Source: Selaginella moellendorffii
Taxonomy: Eukaryota > Plantae > Lycopodiophyta
Length of the DNA: 64,000 nt
Direction: 5' to 3'
NCBI RefSeq assembly: GCF_000143415.4
Contig: NW_003314391.1
Location: 248,001-312,000, forward strand
Each line of letters starts with the position of its first letter. The stretch's first letter is position 1. This document shows positions 1 through 12,042 of the stretch, in pieces. The translations under genes were made by a program, and so were the position numbers. The notes under the pieces are model-generated. The model had not been told where the DNA came from. It searched no databases and saw only the letters and a list, made by a program, of their open reading frames with translations.

Positions 1-1712
1 GTGCTACTACCAATAGATTGAGCTCTTTAGGCTGGTGAAACACTAAAGCTTTTGAGCACATGTCCAAATCCCAATGGAGAGTTACTTGTGCTTTGATTCA
101 AAGGAGATTCTTTGTGAAGGGTTGTTAGCTGCTTGAGCTGGTGCATTGACAAACTATGCTCTACATGCTTGTACGTGGACAGGATCATTGGAATTAAGAC
201 CGCAGATGTGGTTTGCAAATTGGAGGTGGAGGGAAGACCAAAAGGGTTGCCCGTATCACCTAGAGCATTTATGTTCCATGGTTGAACACCTCCACTATTA
301 TGTATTCTTGCTGGGTTCTTGCTTCTTGCTTGTGGGAAATAAAAAACAAAGAGGAGAAACTTGCCATGGAGAAAAGAGGAAATAAGGAAAAGAGAAAAGA
401 GAAAGAGCAAAAGGCTTACCATGGTAAAATGTGAGAGATCAAAGCTCCACTTCCTCCATAAAAACGAAACAAACACATGATAGTTCAAACCTTAGAAAAA
501 CATGAAAGGAATGATATCCTAATAATTGCCGCAATCGATCACAATTTCAAGATGTATTAAATTGTTACTGGTGCAAATTCAATTTGATTGGTAAACCCAG
601 GACAAAGTCCACGTGGTAGACAAACACCCTAAAACAGGGGAGAAAAGAACTTTTATTAATAAAAAGAGTTAACCAACTGTTAAAACAACATTAGTTGCAA
701 TTTCTTGAGCACTCACCTCTTGACTGGTGTTTCAGAAGGAAGAGCAGTGTTAATATAAACTTAGAAGAGCCACACCTTCAACGTTAGCTATTGCACATTT
801 TATAGACAAATCCAAGTAAAGAAGATATTACTAATCAAGATTAAGGTTTTGCTGATACATTAGAAAAGACCAATTCCTCACAACAACAAGTTCCTAAAGC
901 ATCAAGCATGCTTTGGTTGATAGAAAAAAGGGAATTAATACTTGAGGGAGCATTGCACCTTCAACATTCATAAGCATTAAACTTAACATGTCTTTTATAT
1001 CCCTTGAAGACAGTGGCCAAACAATTCTAGAAGTGGTGTGAACATTTATGCATATCATCTCCAAAAGGAAAGCTTACCCAAGCTTGTGCTCCAAGGGCTA
1101 GAACAAGTTTGTTAGTACGTGAGATGGCCTAAAGAACTTACCACACCGATATGAATGCACCTTGTGTAAATTCCATGTAGCAGCCTAGTGAGATATGTCT
1201 TTGGCAAGATACAGCACAAAAACACATCACAAACTCTACTTGTGCCATGTATTGGAAACACCAATATACCAATATCCTCCATAGGTGTTTGTAGAACCAC
1301 ATCGTGCACTTGTATAATTCATGCCACAAGTGTTCAATGCATTGCAAGGCAGGGAGGTTAGTAGTGATGAACATGTGCAAGAAAATATTAGAGGCAAGCC
1401 TGGTTTCTTGTTGACGTCTCACTAATAAAACTCCTTTCCTAAGGACCCCAACAATGTTCCATATTGTCTTCTACCAAATTATGTTCAGGAGCACTGTCAC
1501 TCCTAATGCATTTAGGCCACCCAAATCTGTGTACAACCTATGCATATGTGTTGAAAATTGCATGTGTTTGTTTCATGGTTGACAGTTCACAAAGTGATTA
1601 TATAATGAGTTGCCCCACATATTAAAGTGTGAACGTAGAATCCATATGATACAATCTTGCAATATGCTGCCACGGAGAATTGGCTAAAACTGACAGCCCA
1701 AAAAAGTGGATG

Positions 1713-1736
1713 GATAGATAGATAGATAGATAGATA
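1713..1736. repeat. (GATA)6 microsatellite
   Basis: Six perfect GATA units read directly from the sequence. Confidence 0.95.
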
Positions 1737-1978
1737 GAGTTTTGGCCAAAGATAATGGGGTGTTTTGATATAAAGAGCTTCAAAAATTTGAGCAAGATAC
1801 ATATTAACGTTTAATATTATGAAAATCTCTAGAAAGTCAATTTTCTAGAAGTTCTTTCCATACTTTCACATATATGGACCATAGAAATACTTTTATGAAT
1901 GTGGATATTCAAAATCTATATTAAGCACCATCTTAAACAATATTTTTTTCAAAACACCACAATGGAATATGCACTTTA

Positions 1979-2270
1979 TTGAGCAAGAATGGTTTTTCAG
2001 AAAATGTGACAAGCTGGAACTCGGTGGTCCAAGGATTTAGTCACAGAGGATTTCTTGAAGATGGAAAGAGATTGGAGCAAACATCCAGAACCAAATGCTG
2101 TGACATGGTCGATGATGCTCGCATCTTACATCCAGATCAGCCAGCTGAAAGAGGCAACGTCAATCTTCCACTAGATTCCTCACCGGAGCATTCTCAATGG
2201 TTCAAGCTTTGGAAGTGTTTGACAAGATGGCGAGATATCATGGAACATCGTCATCTCAGCCGATGCCATA
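1979..2270 (+). pseudogene. PPR (PLS-class) gene fragment, frameshifted
   Basis: PPR motifs in shifting frames: VTSWNSVVQGFSHRGFLEDGKR, PEPNAVTWSMMLASYIQISQLKEA, SWNIVISA. Confidence 0.7.
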
Positions 2271-2299
2271 GCTTTCGTGGTTGTTCTCGGCCACGCATA

Positions 2300-2622
2300 G
2301 CGTGTTAACGTTCCAGGAGATCACGTCTTTGCAAGGCATCTTGTGGAACTCCACTTGACCAGCAAGAAAGTAAGCTTGGAGCGTGGAGTTCCACGAGATT
2401 GTGTTCTCCACAGGAACAGCGTAAAACATTCGTTTCGCGTCCTCCACGCGACCATTCTCCGCATAGGCCGTGAGCATGGTATTCCACAAGAGGTTCCACT
2501 GCGGCATCTTCCGAAACAGGGAGAGTTCTAGCTCGCCAATCTCGCCATAAGCCTGCATCATCCGCGAGTAGATCCGTTAAGAGTGGCGCATCCACGTAGC
2601 AAACGAGCCAAATCTTTTCCAA
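2300..2622 (-). pseudogene. PPR (PLS-class) gene fragment with internal deletions
   Basis: MMQAYGEIGELE...LWNTMLTAYAENGRVEDAKRMF...ISWNSTLQAY...KMPCKDVISWN; the motifs are shortened by deletions and the ORF is truncated. Confidence 0.75.
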
Positions 2623-2687
2623 TCCTGTCTGGGCTAATGGGCATGTAGATCTCTAGCACTCCATGCTAGAAACTGGATTTCACTGCT

Positions 2688-4295
2688 TTAGCTCAAAGCT
2701 TTGAGATCTTCCAAGAATGCTTGGAGGCCACGAAACGATTTCCCATGCTCTTTGTCCATAGCTTTTCTTGCAAGGATCTTCAAGTTCTCCACTCTCTCCT
2801 TCATCTTCTTCCCCTCGTCGCTATCCATCACCTTTTTTATGCCATCTTCGATCTCTGCTCGCCCGATCAATCCCTGCACCACTGTCTTGGAGAATCTAAC
2901 CCCGATCTTCCAGTCCTCCACGACGAACTTCGAGTTGGTGATTTGATCGCCCCCGTAAGGCCACCCCAGCATTGGAATGCCATTCGCTATGCTCTCCTGG
3001 ACAGAATTCCATCCGCAGTGAGTGAGAAACGCTCCCATGGAGGGATGGGCGAGAACTCTCAGCTGTGGCGCCCAGGAAACGATGAATCCCTGGTTCTTGG
3101 TCCTCTCGTAAAATCCATTGTAAGATTCGGTTGAGAGTCCGCCGACCACGAGCTCGGATCGAATCACCCACAAGAATGGCTTCTTTGATGCCTCGAGAGC
3201 TCCCACGAGCTCCTCGAATTGCTCCACGCTCAGCACCGCGATGCTGCCAAACGAGATGTAGAGCACCGATCCATGCTCCTGCGCATCCATCCAGCGAAGG
3301 CAATCCTCATTCTCGGGGCGAAGCACCACATTCTTCCTGGAATCGTCGAGCAAGAACAGTGGCCCCGCGGGGATGAATCGAGGTCCCAGCTCACTGGTCA
3401 TGAAATCGAAGGTGTGCGCCTCGAGGTCGTAGAAGGAATTGACGAGGACCCATCGCGCGCGCTTCACGACTGGAGAGCGCTTGATGCAAATCTCCTTCCA
3501 CACCTCCTGGCCCTCCGAGGCCAGCAGGTAACCAGGCAGATCGGCCAGGCGGAGAGGCTTGACTCCTCGGACGTAATCGATGATCACGGAATTGGCCTCG
3601 TCCGCGGAAGCTCTCCCTGCATGCGAATTTCAGAAATTTGAACAGAGGAAAGGAAAGAACAGAGGAATGTTAATTCCAAAGGAAAGAACAGGGGAAATTT
3701 GAAGGTCCAAGGGAAGAACAGGGTAAATCCGAGGGAATAATAGAGGAAACGTTCAATGCCAAGGGAAGAACAGGGAAGAACGGAGATTCGTACCTCTGCT
3801 AGATAAAATGTGATCTTTCTCCAGAAGCTCTGGAATGTGATACTCCAAGCTCGTCCATGCCGCGTTGCCCGACCAAAGAATGATCCTGGGGATTCCAAAC
3901 ACATCCGCCACATCCTGGGTCCAAACGCAACCGTAATCCGAGACGATACAGCTGACCGGATCGCCCTCCTCGCCGAGCTTGCGGATCAAATTCTCGAGGC
4001 CTCCGGGGAGCTCTCGCGCAGCTGCCGTGGCGTAGTCGGCATAATTTCCCATAGTATGGGCATCGGCTCCTTGCGGGAGCTTCCACGAGAATGGGATGGA
4101 ATGGAGGCGCAGATCTTCCAGCCCCGCCGGCGCCACCCAGTGCTTGATGAATTCGTCGTGGAGGCTGTCGATATTGACCAAGGAGATTGTGAAGCTTGGA
4201 TCTTGAGCGATGAACTTGCAGAGATGGATCATTGGGGAGATATGGCCTTGCGCGGCCGCTGGAACCGCCAAGACATGGACCTTGCTGGAAGCCAT
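2688..4295 (-). CDS. UDP-glycosyltransferase (family 1), 2 exons (4295-3794, 3616-2688), 476 aa
   Basis: N-terminal HVLAVPAAAQGHISPM carries the catalytic His. PSPG box WAPQLRVLAHPSMGAFLTHCGWNSVQESIANGIPMLGWPYGGDQ. GT-AG intron 3793-3617 keeps the frame. Confidence 0.95.
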
Positions 4296-4537
4296 GGTTT
4301 TCTTGGCAGGGAGGGCACAAGAAGTTGTGGTCTGTATTCCACTTTGGTAAATGTAGTGTTTGGTCAATTTGTGGAGATTAAGATCTGTGGTGGTTGTCCA
4401 AGGATGACTATCCCCTAGGAAGATTAGGAGCACAAGTTGAATGCACCCTAAACCCTAAACAATGCTCTTGCCCATTCTGCTCTAGAACGATTTTGTACCG
4501 CAATGCTTGCTCGTCCAAGCTCAAATTCAGGGACTGT

Positions 4538-4880
4538 GAAGCTCGGTCTTTAGAAAAATCTGCCTGGATGATCTACAAGCATAGAAGAAAAATCACTCAT
4601 AAAATCGATTGACACACGATTTGCTTGGAAGTGCCTTGGACGCGCCTCTGGAGCTCCAGCACCATTCTGGGATCCAGCAATCGCCTTCTTGGCGACCTCA
4701 GAGCAACTTGACGGTGAGATTTCCAGTTCCCGGCCCAATCTCCAGGACAATGCTGCACGATCGACTGGACAATGAGAGGATTCCTGAGGATGTGCTGGCC
4801 CCGCAACTTGTAGAACTGGATTCCGCCCTGGAACTGGAAGCTGACATTCTCCCTCTTTTACGGCTCCGAATATTCCGCGA
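4538..4880 (-). pseudogene. DIM1: DIM1/KsgA 18S rRNA dimethyladenosine transferase pseudogene (5' part only)
   Basis: GGIQFYKLRGQHILRNPLIVQSIVQ / IVLEIGPGTGNLTVKLL / LDPRMVLELQRRVQGT / intron / IIQADF-LKTEL, spread over several frames with deletions. Not visible as one ORF in the track. Confidence 0.88.
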
Positions 4881-4970
4881 AAATTTGAATATATTATACT
4901 ATTTTCGGCTGACGTGGAGGGAAAAGGGCATGGATCCTTAAATATCCCTATCGAGGATTAGGGTGCAACC

Positions 4971-5391
4971 ATGGCGAAGAGTGAGAGTAGCCCAGCTCCA
5001 AAGAGGAAGTTTTTGCAAAGGGACTACAAGAAGGGACCTTTCTTCCAGTCGGACAATGAGCCGATCTACAAAAGGGATTTTTCAGAGCCGACTGGTGAGG
5101 ACAAGCTGGACAAGAAGTTACTGCCCAAGGTGATGCAAGTCAAGGGTTTTGGCCGGCGTGGCCGCGTCAAGTGGACGCATCTCGTCAACGAGGACACAAG
5201 CCGATGGGACACACCGTAAGTTTCTCCTTTTCTCCTTTTCGTTTCTTTTGTTTTCTTACCATTCTTCTTTCAGGTGGAGCTCGAATAACGAGTTTCGTTC
5301 CCAGTATGACAAGAAGATGGAAAAGCCGATCGAGAGGCCCCGGGGCAGCAAAAAAATGAAGACGAGCGTTCAAGACTTGTACGAAGTGTAA
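4971..5391 (+). CDS. MFAP1: MFAP1/Spp381 C-terminal-domain-only protein, 2 exons (4971-5215, 5274-5391), 120 aa
   Basis: [14 protein letters not shown]...[42 protein letters not shown] matches the conserved MFAP1 C-terminus. A 58-nt GT-AG intron keeps the frame to TAA. Confidence 0.75.
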
Positions 5392-5537
5392 CAAAGGGTG
5401 CTGACAGTTGTTTTCAGTGACAAGTTGGTCGGCCCATACAAAAACACTTTTTCCCACTTCAAGTGCCACTAGAGCAGTAAAAGAACGTTCCTGTCCGGAA
5501 AAAAAACAATAAATAAACTTCGCAGAAGAAGCAGTTC

Positions 5538-7228
5538 TTACCTTGGAGCAATATACAGCCACGGAAATTGCTTGTCAAGTGATCGAGCAGCTCTCAACCA
5601 AGCTAACATGATAACCAACAGCACCATGCAAACGTAGGGAGTTGAAAGTGGTCCTAACATCAAGACCAGGGCAGCTCCCAATGGATTGCAAATAATGTCA
5701 GCGATAGCTTTGCTTTTCACCTGAAAATGGAAATAGAAACACAAATATTATCCAGACAATTAGTACCAAGCTACCTGTATCTTCGTCAAGAGGGATGTGA
5801 GTCATTTCTTTGCAAGGATCAAAGAGGTTGTAATTTGCACTTTTCTTGACTATATGTTGCACAATGCCAACGTAAACAGCTACTGTCACTCCAATACCTC
5901 TGACGAATGGAGTTTCTGAACCATTGGATAATGTCAGCGATAAAAAAAGTGATTCCAGGTATCACGATTGATATAATAGCAGCCAAAACACCCCATCCGA
6001 AATTGTTGAAGAGTAGCCTACTCAACAACGTCATACTTAAACTCATGATTCCAATCCAGGTCGAAAAATCTTCCAGGAATGTTGAGTTTGGAAGCTGTGG
6101 TAATAAAGCATAAGCGATATAACTATCATAACCACCTCACTATCCCACCTGAGATTTGCTGAGGTTGATACTAATTTCGTAGGCAATGACAACTGTTGCA
6201 AGATCCAGGATATATCTCAATTTGACCAACAGCTTTACACTCACTTGTTGTAGCCTTGATCTGCTAAAATGGTATATTAAAGCATGAATTTAACTTACCC
6301 TAGAGCTCACAATGGAATGGCAGTGTAATGAAGTAGTTCAGGAGTTAGTTGAGTGATGAAGAATGTCAAGAAGTAATGTAACATAGTTTAGGGAGATTAA
6401 ATCTTTAACTTTTTGTGCTAGATCATAACATTCCACCAGTATATGGTACATATGGTGAAGCACAATGATGCTCATGATTCCCTTGAGAGAGACCCCCCAA
6501 CCATCAATGTCGGGTCCAAAGGCATCCTCTTAACTCTAGCAAAGAACTTGACAGTTCGTTCTGCGAAAACAAACGCTACATTGACTGCCAACCCGAACAA
6601 GGGATAAAACCGCTTTGCTTCATCCAGAGAGGTGATCTGGGAGCGAAGAAAGAAAAGGAATCAGGACAGAAAAGCACGAACGTCCAGTTGCGAAAGAGAG
6701 CAATCGGCCCCGAGAGAAGATCGTCCGCGAGAGCAGTCGTGTGGAGAATGCCTCGTAAAGGATATAGGACGAAGGCAAAAACTCCCGAAAATCCCAACAA
6801 ATGAAAGAACGCAAGCGTAGAAGAGAGTTTCCCTGGACAAAACGTTGGAGAGCTTGGTGTAGACGACCGTGAAGCCGATAGCCATGGGGAGATTCACCCA
6901 GGTCCAAAGGGATGATCTCGGCGTTGCTTCCCATGGCCGCCACCACCAAAGCGTCCTTGGTGTCTCGCAAGACGCCATAGGCGAAGAGGATGCAGAAGAA
7001 CATCAGGCACAGAGCTATAATCTTCTTCCTCTCCCCCCGGGGCACCGATGCCTCCGCCTTCCGGACCCCAGATTTCTCGGATGAAGCATGCGATCCTGAG
7101 CTGTGGAGGATGGATTTGGCGCTCGACGACGTGACTGTAACCCTGGGAGAGCATCGGATCGAAGGAGAGGCCTCGTTCTTGCAAGAATACAGCGCGGCGC
7201 CGCGCGGTGGGGACGACGACGACAGCAT
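5538..7228 (-). pseudogene. NTT: Plastid ATP/ADP transporter (NTT/AATP, TLC family) pseudogene
   Basis: KKIIALCLMFFCILFAYGVLRDTKDALVV, WVNLPMAIGF, DEAKRFYPLFG, KSANYNLFDPCKEMTHIPLDED, KAIADIICNPLG and AARSLDKQF occur in different frames, with frameshifts and deletions. Ser-rich transit-peptide-like N-terminus. Confidence 0.88.
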
Positions 7229-7448
7229 CGCGAGTGATATTTCGACCTGGATCGAGCAAAGGAGCCATCAGCTCACGAATCCATAGCAAGATCGATCCAT
7301 CCGATCGCATTACCGTGAGAATGCGGGATCTACATCCGGCACGCCGGCAGCGACGATGCTCCTCGACCTAAAACTATCTCAGGGTTTTGGGGCCCTTTAA
7401 AATTTGGGGGGAAAGCTCAACCTTTGAATGGTTTTGTTTTAGGGCAAG

Positions 7449-8130
7449 ATGGCGATAGATTTGGAGGAGGTCCGGGAGTGGCAACGCAAGCTCAGTAGAG
7501 CGGAAGCCTTTGTCAAGGTAATGGTCTTGACTATCTTCTTACTGGGCTCTGACTGAAATTTTGGACAGGAGAGTAAAGAGTTGTTTCCCAGGACCAAATT
7601 GATCCCAGACTACTGCCTCGTAAACCTAATCGCGGACAAGATGGAGCAATCGAGGCAAAGGTTAATGGCTTATTGGGATCCAAAGGATCCAAACAAGAAA
7701 CTGGATGATGCCGAGTATGTGTTTCCTTTTTTTCTTTTGCTTTCTTCCTTGACAGTTTCTCTTGCAGACTGATTCGTAAACTTGGCTTTCTCTCGGGAAT
7801 GTAAGTACTTTCGTTTTTTGCTTTGCTGTCGTGCTTCATATCCGTCTGTAGGAAGGAGGAGGTTGACCTTGCGATATCTACAAACAACCAAGAGAGGCTT
7901 TTTGGCCTTATCTTGCGACTCTTAACTCGTCAATCTTCGCCCATTCTCGGCATCGATGTGAAGGAATTGGATACAGCTTCTGCCCTGTAAGACTCATCTC
8001 TTCTTTCATTTTTTAGATCTTTTTCTTAACATGGTGAGCCAGGGAAAGTGAGTTCCAAAGGGCCAGGGAAAATGGCTACGAAGGCGTGCTCATCCAGGCA
8101 CTCTGCACGGCGATGTCTTACCCCGGGTAA
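7449..8130 (+). CDS. Hypothetical protein, 5 exons, ~160 aa
   Basis: ATG at 7449. Four short GT-AG introns splice into one open frame (MAIDLEEVREWQRKLSRAEAFVK/ESKELFPRTKLIPDYCL.../...ALCTAMSYPG*). No family recognised. Confidence 0.6.
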
Positions 8131-8312
8131 ACATCGTACTGAAACCTGTTTATGGCAGACACTGGGATGGAGAGCAATCCTGCTTCATGGTATGTTTGTT
8201 CTTAAAAAATGATTAGCAGGTCGTGGTGGACAAACTTGTTCGAAGTAGATGAGATCTAGAAACAATGCAAAGATTATGAAATGTCTCCTTGAAATTTAAA
8301 CAGGACAAAGAA

Positions 8313-9030
8313 CTATTCCATTAACTCTCTCATCGGCCAACAGGATATACTCCGTCCGAATCCTATTCTCGCATTCTCTTGATACTTTATAGTTTTCTTC
8401 CCGATACCGAGACGCATTTTTAACTCAAATGCCTTGATTACTTCAAGTCCTTTGACTTGCTCGTGAGTGACGATGTGTTTCTCGAGCAAACTCTTATAAT
8501 GCATATCCCCTTTGATATCGAACAATATCCCTTATGAATATGACAAAGCAGGCTATTTATTTGGACCATCGATATTTATTTTTTTGCATAGCAACCAGGA
8601 TCTTTTAAGCTCAATTTCCCAAAAACACTCTTTATGAGAAAGCCTGTTCTCCTTGTGCTTGGATCTAATTTGGATGCCAATGTAAACGAGACCACTTTCT
8701 GGCCTAGCAAGCTTTTGTTATAGAAGTAGCAGCAGCATATTTTCTTTAGGACTGTATCATCTTGAAAAAGCAAAAATGTAAAAAGAAAAGTCAGGAGAGC
8801 TCTAGAAACTTTCCTTTTGGTACTAATCGTCAATTGGCAAATATCTTGAGGATCCAGCAATGAAGGATCATCCAAAATGCAACCATTATAAACTAGAGTC
8901 ATTTAGATCTTATAGACACTGTGAATTCTGACTTGGATCACAACACGCTACTGTGGTAAATCCTTCCATAGAGGCTTGGTCGATCCAGAGTGTCCCCATG
9001 CATGGGTCCAAAACCAAACGTTCGAAATGC
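8313..9030 (-). pseudogene. Possible degenerate gene of unknown family
   Basis: Consecutive minus-strand ORF pieces (8576-8902, 8313-8525) and one intron-like T-rich segment. No complete model could be built. Confidence 0.25.
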
Positions 9031-9183
9031 ATTCCCGCCAATCTGAGGCCATATGTTTTACCGTCATACAGATGACTCTAGTATGACTTTTAATTTATAA
9101 CTATAAGGATTATAAAAGAGGTTTGTCGTACACAGAAAAAGTGCATATTAAAGAGATTGATAACATTTCAGATATCTTTTGTA

Positions 9184-9612
9184 ATGAATTTTAAAACGAT
9201 TCTAGTTCTCTTCATGCTTATGCAAGGAGGAAATACTTATTCAGAAGGGTCATTCCAGCACTGTTTGGAAGATTTTAAAGTAAAAACGGAGGCAACCGAC
9301 TATTGCAACTGCGCAGCAGCAGCTTGGGGTAGATTTTCTCAAAATGGATACAAAACTGGCACTTACACAGCTAGGGTTGGGCCCCTGGTTGTGGTTCTAG
9401 CCATTAACACATTCCATGCACGCTCGCTTTCTGATTTTCTTGAAGCTATTCGAAGTATATGGGAGTTATGCTTCTCTGATAACTACAATGGAAGCGTGGT
9501 TCTCCTTAAAGATGGATCAATGGCGGTGAGGGTGGAACACTCTGGTCATGATGAACTGTTAGTTTTTACTCCATTAAATTGTCAGGATAGAATCCCGTTT
9601 TGCATTTGCTGA
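9184..9612 (+). CDS. Small secreted Cys-containing protein, intronless, 142 aa
   Basis: MNFKTILVLFMLMQGGNT looks like a signal peptide; 7 Cys; TATAAAAG at ~9111 upstream. Confidence 0.6.
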   Translation: MNFKTILVLFMLMQGGNTYSEGSFQHCLEDFKVKTEATDYCNCAAAAWGRFSQNGYKTGTYTARVGPLVVVLAINTFHARSLSDFLEAIRSIWELCFSDNYNGSVVLLKDGSMAVRVEHSGHDELLVFTPLNCQDRIPFCIC

Positions 9613-9644
9613 GGTATTAATATATGTGTTTTTAGTTTTTTTAA

Positions 9645-11632
9645 TCAAGAACCGCCACTTTCATATCTACACACCCTTGCAGCTGTGAAAACTCTCCCTG
9701 GCCGACAGTGGTAACTCTTCTCCGGTGCGCAATGCTCATCTCTCGAGCAAATGCACAGACCCTCCAATGCACACCCGGGATTTTTCTGCTCTTCCATAGC
9801 CTTGATCCCAAGAATGCGATCGCTCCAGCGGGTGGAGAAGAGCCCACTGGGATCCATCTTCCTCATCTCTTTCACAAATCTCTCGAGCCTTGGAGATCTG
9901 CCAGTCCCAGCATTCGAGAAGGTGACCGGTGTGTTTTTCCCCCAGTGAGGAACGCCTCCGTACTTAGAAATGGCCATTTGTTCCACCTCTTGCCACACGT
10001 CCATGTTGAGCCGCGGCATGCTCCCATTTCGTGACCGGTAGTACGTAAATCCCACATCCACTCCGTCGAATGGCTTGCCGAGCAACGCCCGGGATGCGGC
10101 CACGTAGCGCAAGAGGATGCCGGTGTAGAGGTCGATCCCACACAACGCCCCGGCATCTGGGTGGGAATCTCTCAGATGCTTCACGTCCGCGATGAAGGCC
10201 GCGATGCTCTGGGCTGGGATTGTGATGCCGGATTCGAGGTAGAAGAGCGCATGCTTGGCGGAATCCCAGCCACAGATAAGCAGCCGCGATTTGGATTCCT
10301 GGCAGCCACCGGCGGTTTGGATTTTGTGCTGGAATCCCACCACTGGGTAGCCCGTGAAGAGCCGTAGGCCATGTGTGTTCTTGAGGCCGTAGCCCAGGCT
10401 TTCGAGCAGCGACACCTGTGCCCGTGACGCGATGCACTTGCCATTGGACGATCGCTGCGCCTCCAGCGTCTCCTCTGTCCGGATCGATGGAGCATTAGCG
10501 TGGTTCTTGGCTAGGATTCTTACCGAGAGCTCTTTGGGCGACGATGGCAAGCGCCAATGTGGGCTGAAAGCCAACGAATTCGTTAATTCCATTGCCGGGC
10601 GTGTTGGCGGGAACGCGATCGTCGATCCGGTAGACGGCCTCTCGCTTGGATGGGTACCAGGTCACGTCGCCGAATTCGTGCTCGTTCCCAAACGCCACGA
10701 TCTTGTCTTCCAGCCCCGCGTCGGAGGTTCTCACGTTGGTGATCGATCGCTTAAACATGGGCTCCAGCTCCAGCGTCACCTATAATGGATAGAATTGATC
10801 GATCGCGAAGATGCCAGTGCCAGATCAAGAAGAAAACCGAGAGCTCGAGTGAGAAAAGACCTTCGAGATGACTCCCATCGTTCCAAGTGAGACGATCGCG
10901 GCATAAAAGAGATCGCCATCGCCGGGGGTGAGAGTGACGATCTTCGCAACCTCGTTGTGTGAGGAAGAGGAGGAGGAATTCTTCCCGGACGGTACCACCA
11001 TGCGAAGCTTGAGGACGTGATCATGGAGAGCTCCTCCTTTGCCACGCCAGGAGCTCCCATGGGATCCAGTGCTGAGGATCCCAGCCACGGAGAGGCCATT
11101 CCAATAGGGAGACGCGGCCAGTGCCAGGCCGTGCCGCGCGGCCTCGTCGAGCACCGCCTGGAGCTGCGCTCCACCATCCACTTCCACCGCCTTGGACGTC
11201 ACGTCCACGGCAATCCCGCGGCTGTAGTTGGCGGTGCTAATGGCGAGGAGGCCACCGGCGCCGCTATGACCGCCACCATCGCCACCATCGCCATCTCCTG
11301 GGCATGCCAGCGGAGGAATGCTGTGACTAAACTTGGTCACGGCTTTCATCTTGAGCTTGTTCTTGGCTCCATAGCTCACGGCTTCCAGGAGCTCCTCCTC
11401 GTTGGATGGATACACGATCTGGGAAACCTTGCAAACCTTTTGGATCGAATCGATCATGAGAAGAATGGTGGTTTTTTTGGAGAAGCGATGAATTTACCTG
11501 TCTGGTGTTCCATGTCCCATACGAATTGGTGATGAAACAATCTCCAGAGGCGTCGCAAAATACTGGATCCGGAGGAAACGCGTCCGCCAGCAGCAGCAGC
11601 GTAGCAAGAACAAGGGCGAGCAATATTCTCAT
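9645..11632 (-). CDS. L-gulonolactone oxidase-like FAD oxidoreductase (GULLO/ALO family), 4 exons (11632-11498, 11436-10861, 10779-10524, 10474-9645), 598 aa
   Basis: Signal peptide, PPDPVFC..C.ITNSYGTW, FAD-binding SHS motif, ASPYWNGLSVAGILSTGSHGSS, GGVPHWGKN, C-terminal CALEGLCICSRDEHCAP. All splice phases are consistent. Confidence 0.93.
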
Positions 11633-12042
11633 TCTCCGCGGAATCGATCCAAATGACTGAACGAGAGCGCAAAGAACATCTGTAGAACACGTGAAAGAAC
11701 TTTAGAACAGCGGGTCCTTTTGCAGTGTAGTCCAAGCGAGAAGAGAGAGAGGGAGTGGTCCACTCATCATCTTGAAAGCTCGTTGCAATCACTGGAACTT
11801 CATGCTTTCTCCTTGGATTTGAAGCTCACCACCTTTAAACGTCATGTCCAACTCAAATAGACAAATACAGTGGAGAATGGCTATGGCTTCCATCAATCTC
11901 AAACAGAGCCTCCATCCATACCTCCAAAAGATTGAAAATGGCTAGGAAATCCAAGAAGAACAGATGGATTCTCGGCTTAAAATAATGGTTTCATAGGTCA
12001 GCAATGGCAACTAAGTCCACTGCTAGAAGTAAAGGCAAGTGA

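Noticed and set aside
27-1450. Short Cys/His-rich ORFs at the window start
   Set aside because: Possibly a decayed gene or transposon, but I could not establish any motif or splice model.
4446-4460. ACCCTAAACCCTAAA as an interstitial telomere
   Set aside because: Only two units; consistent with a common telo-box promoter motif or a repair scar.
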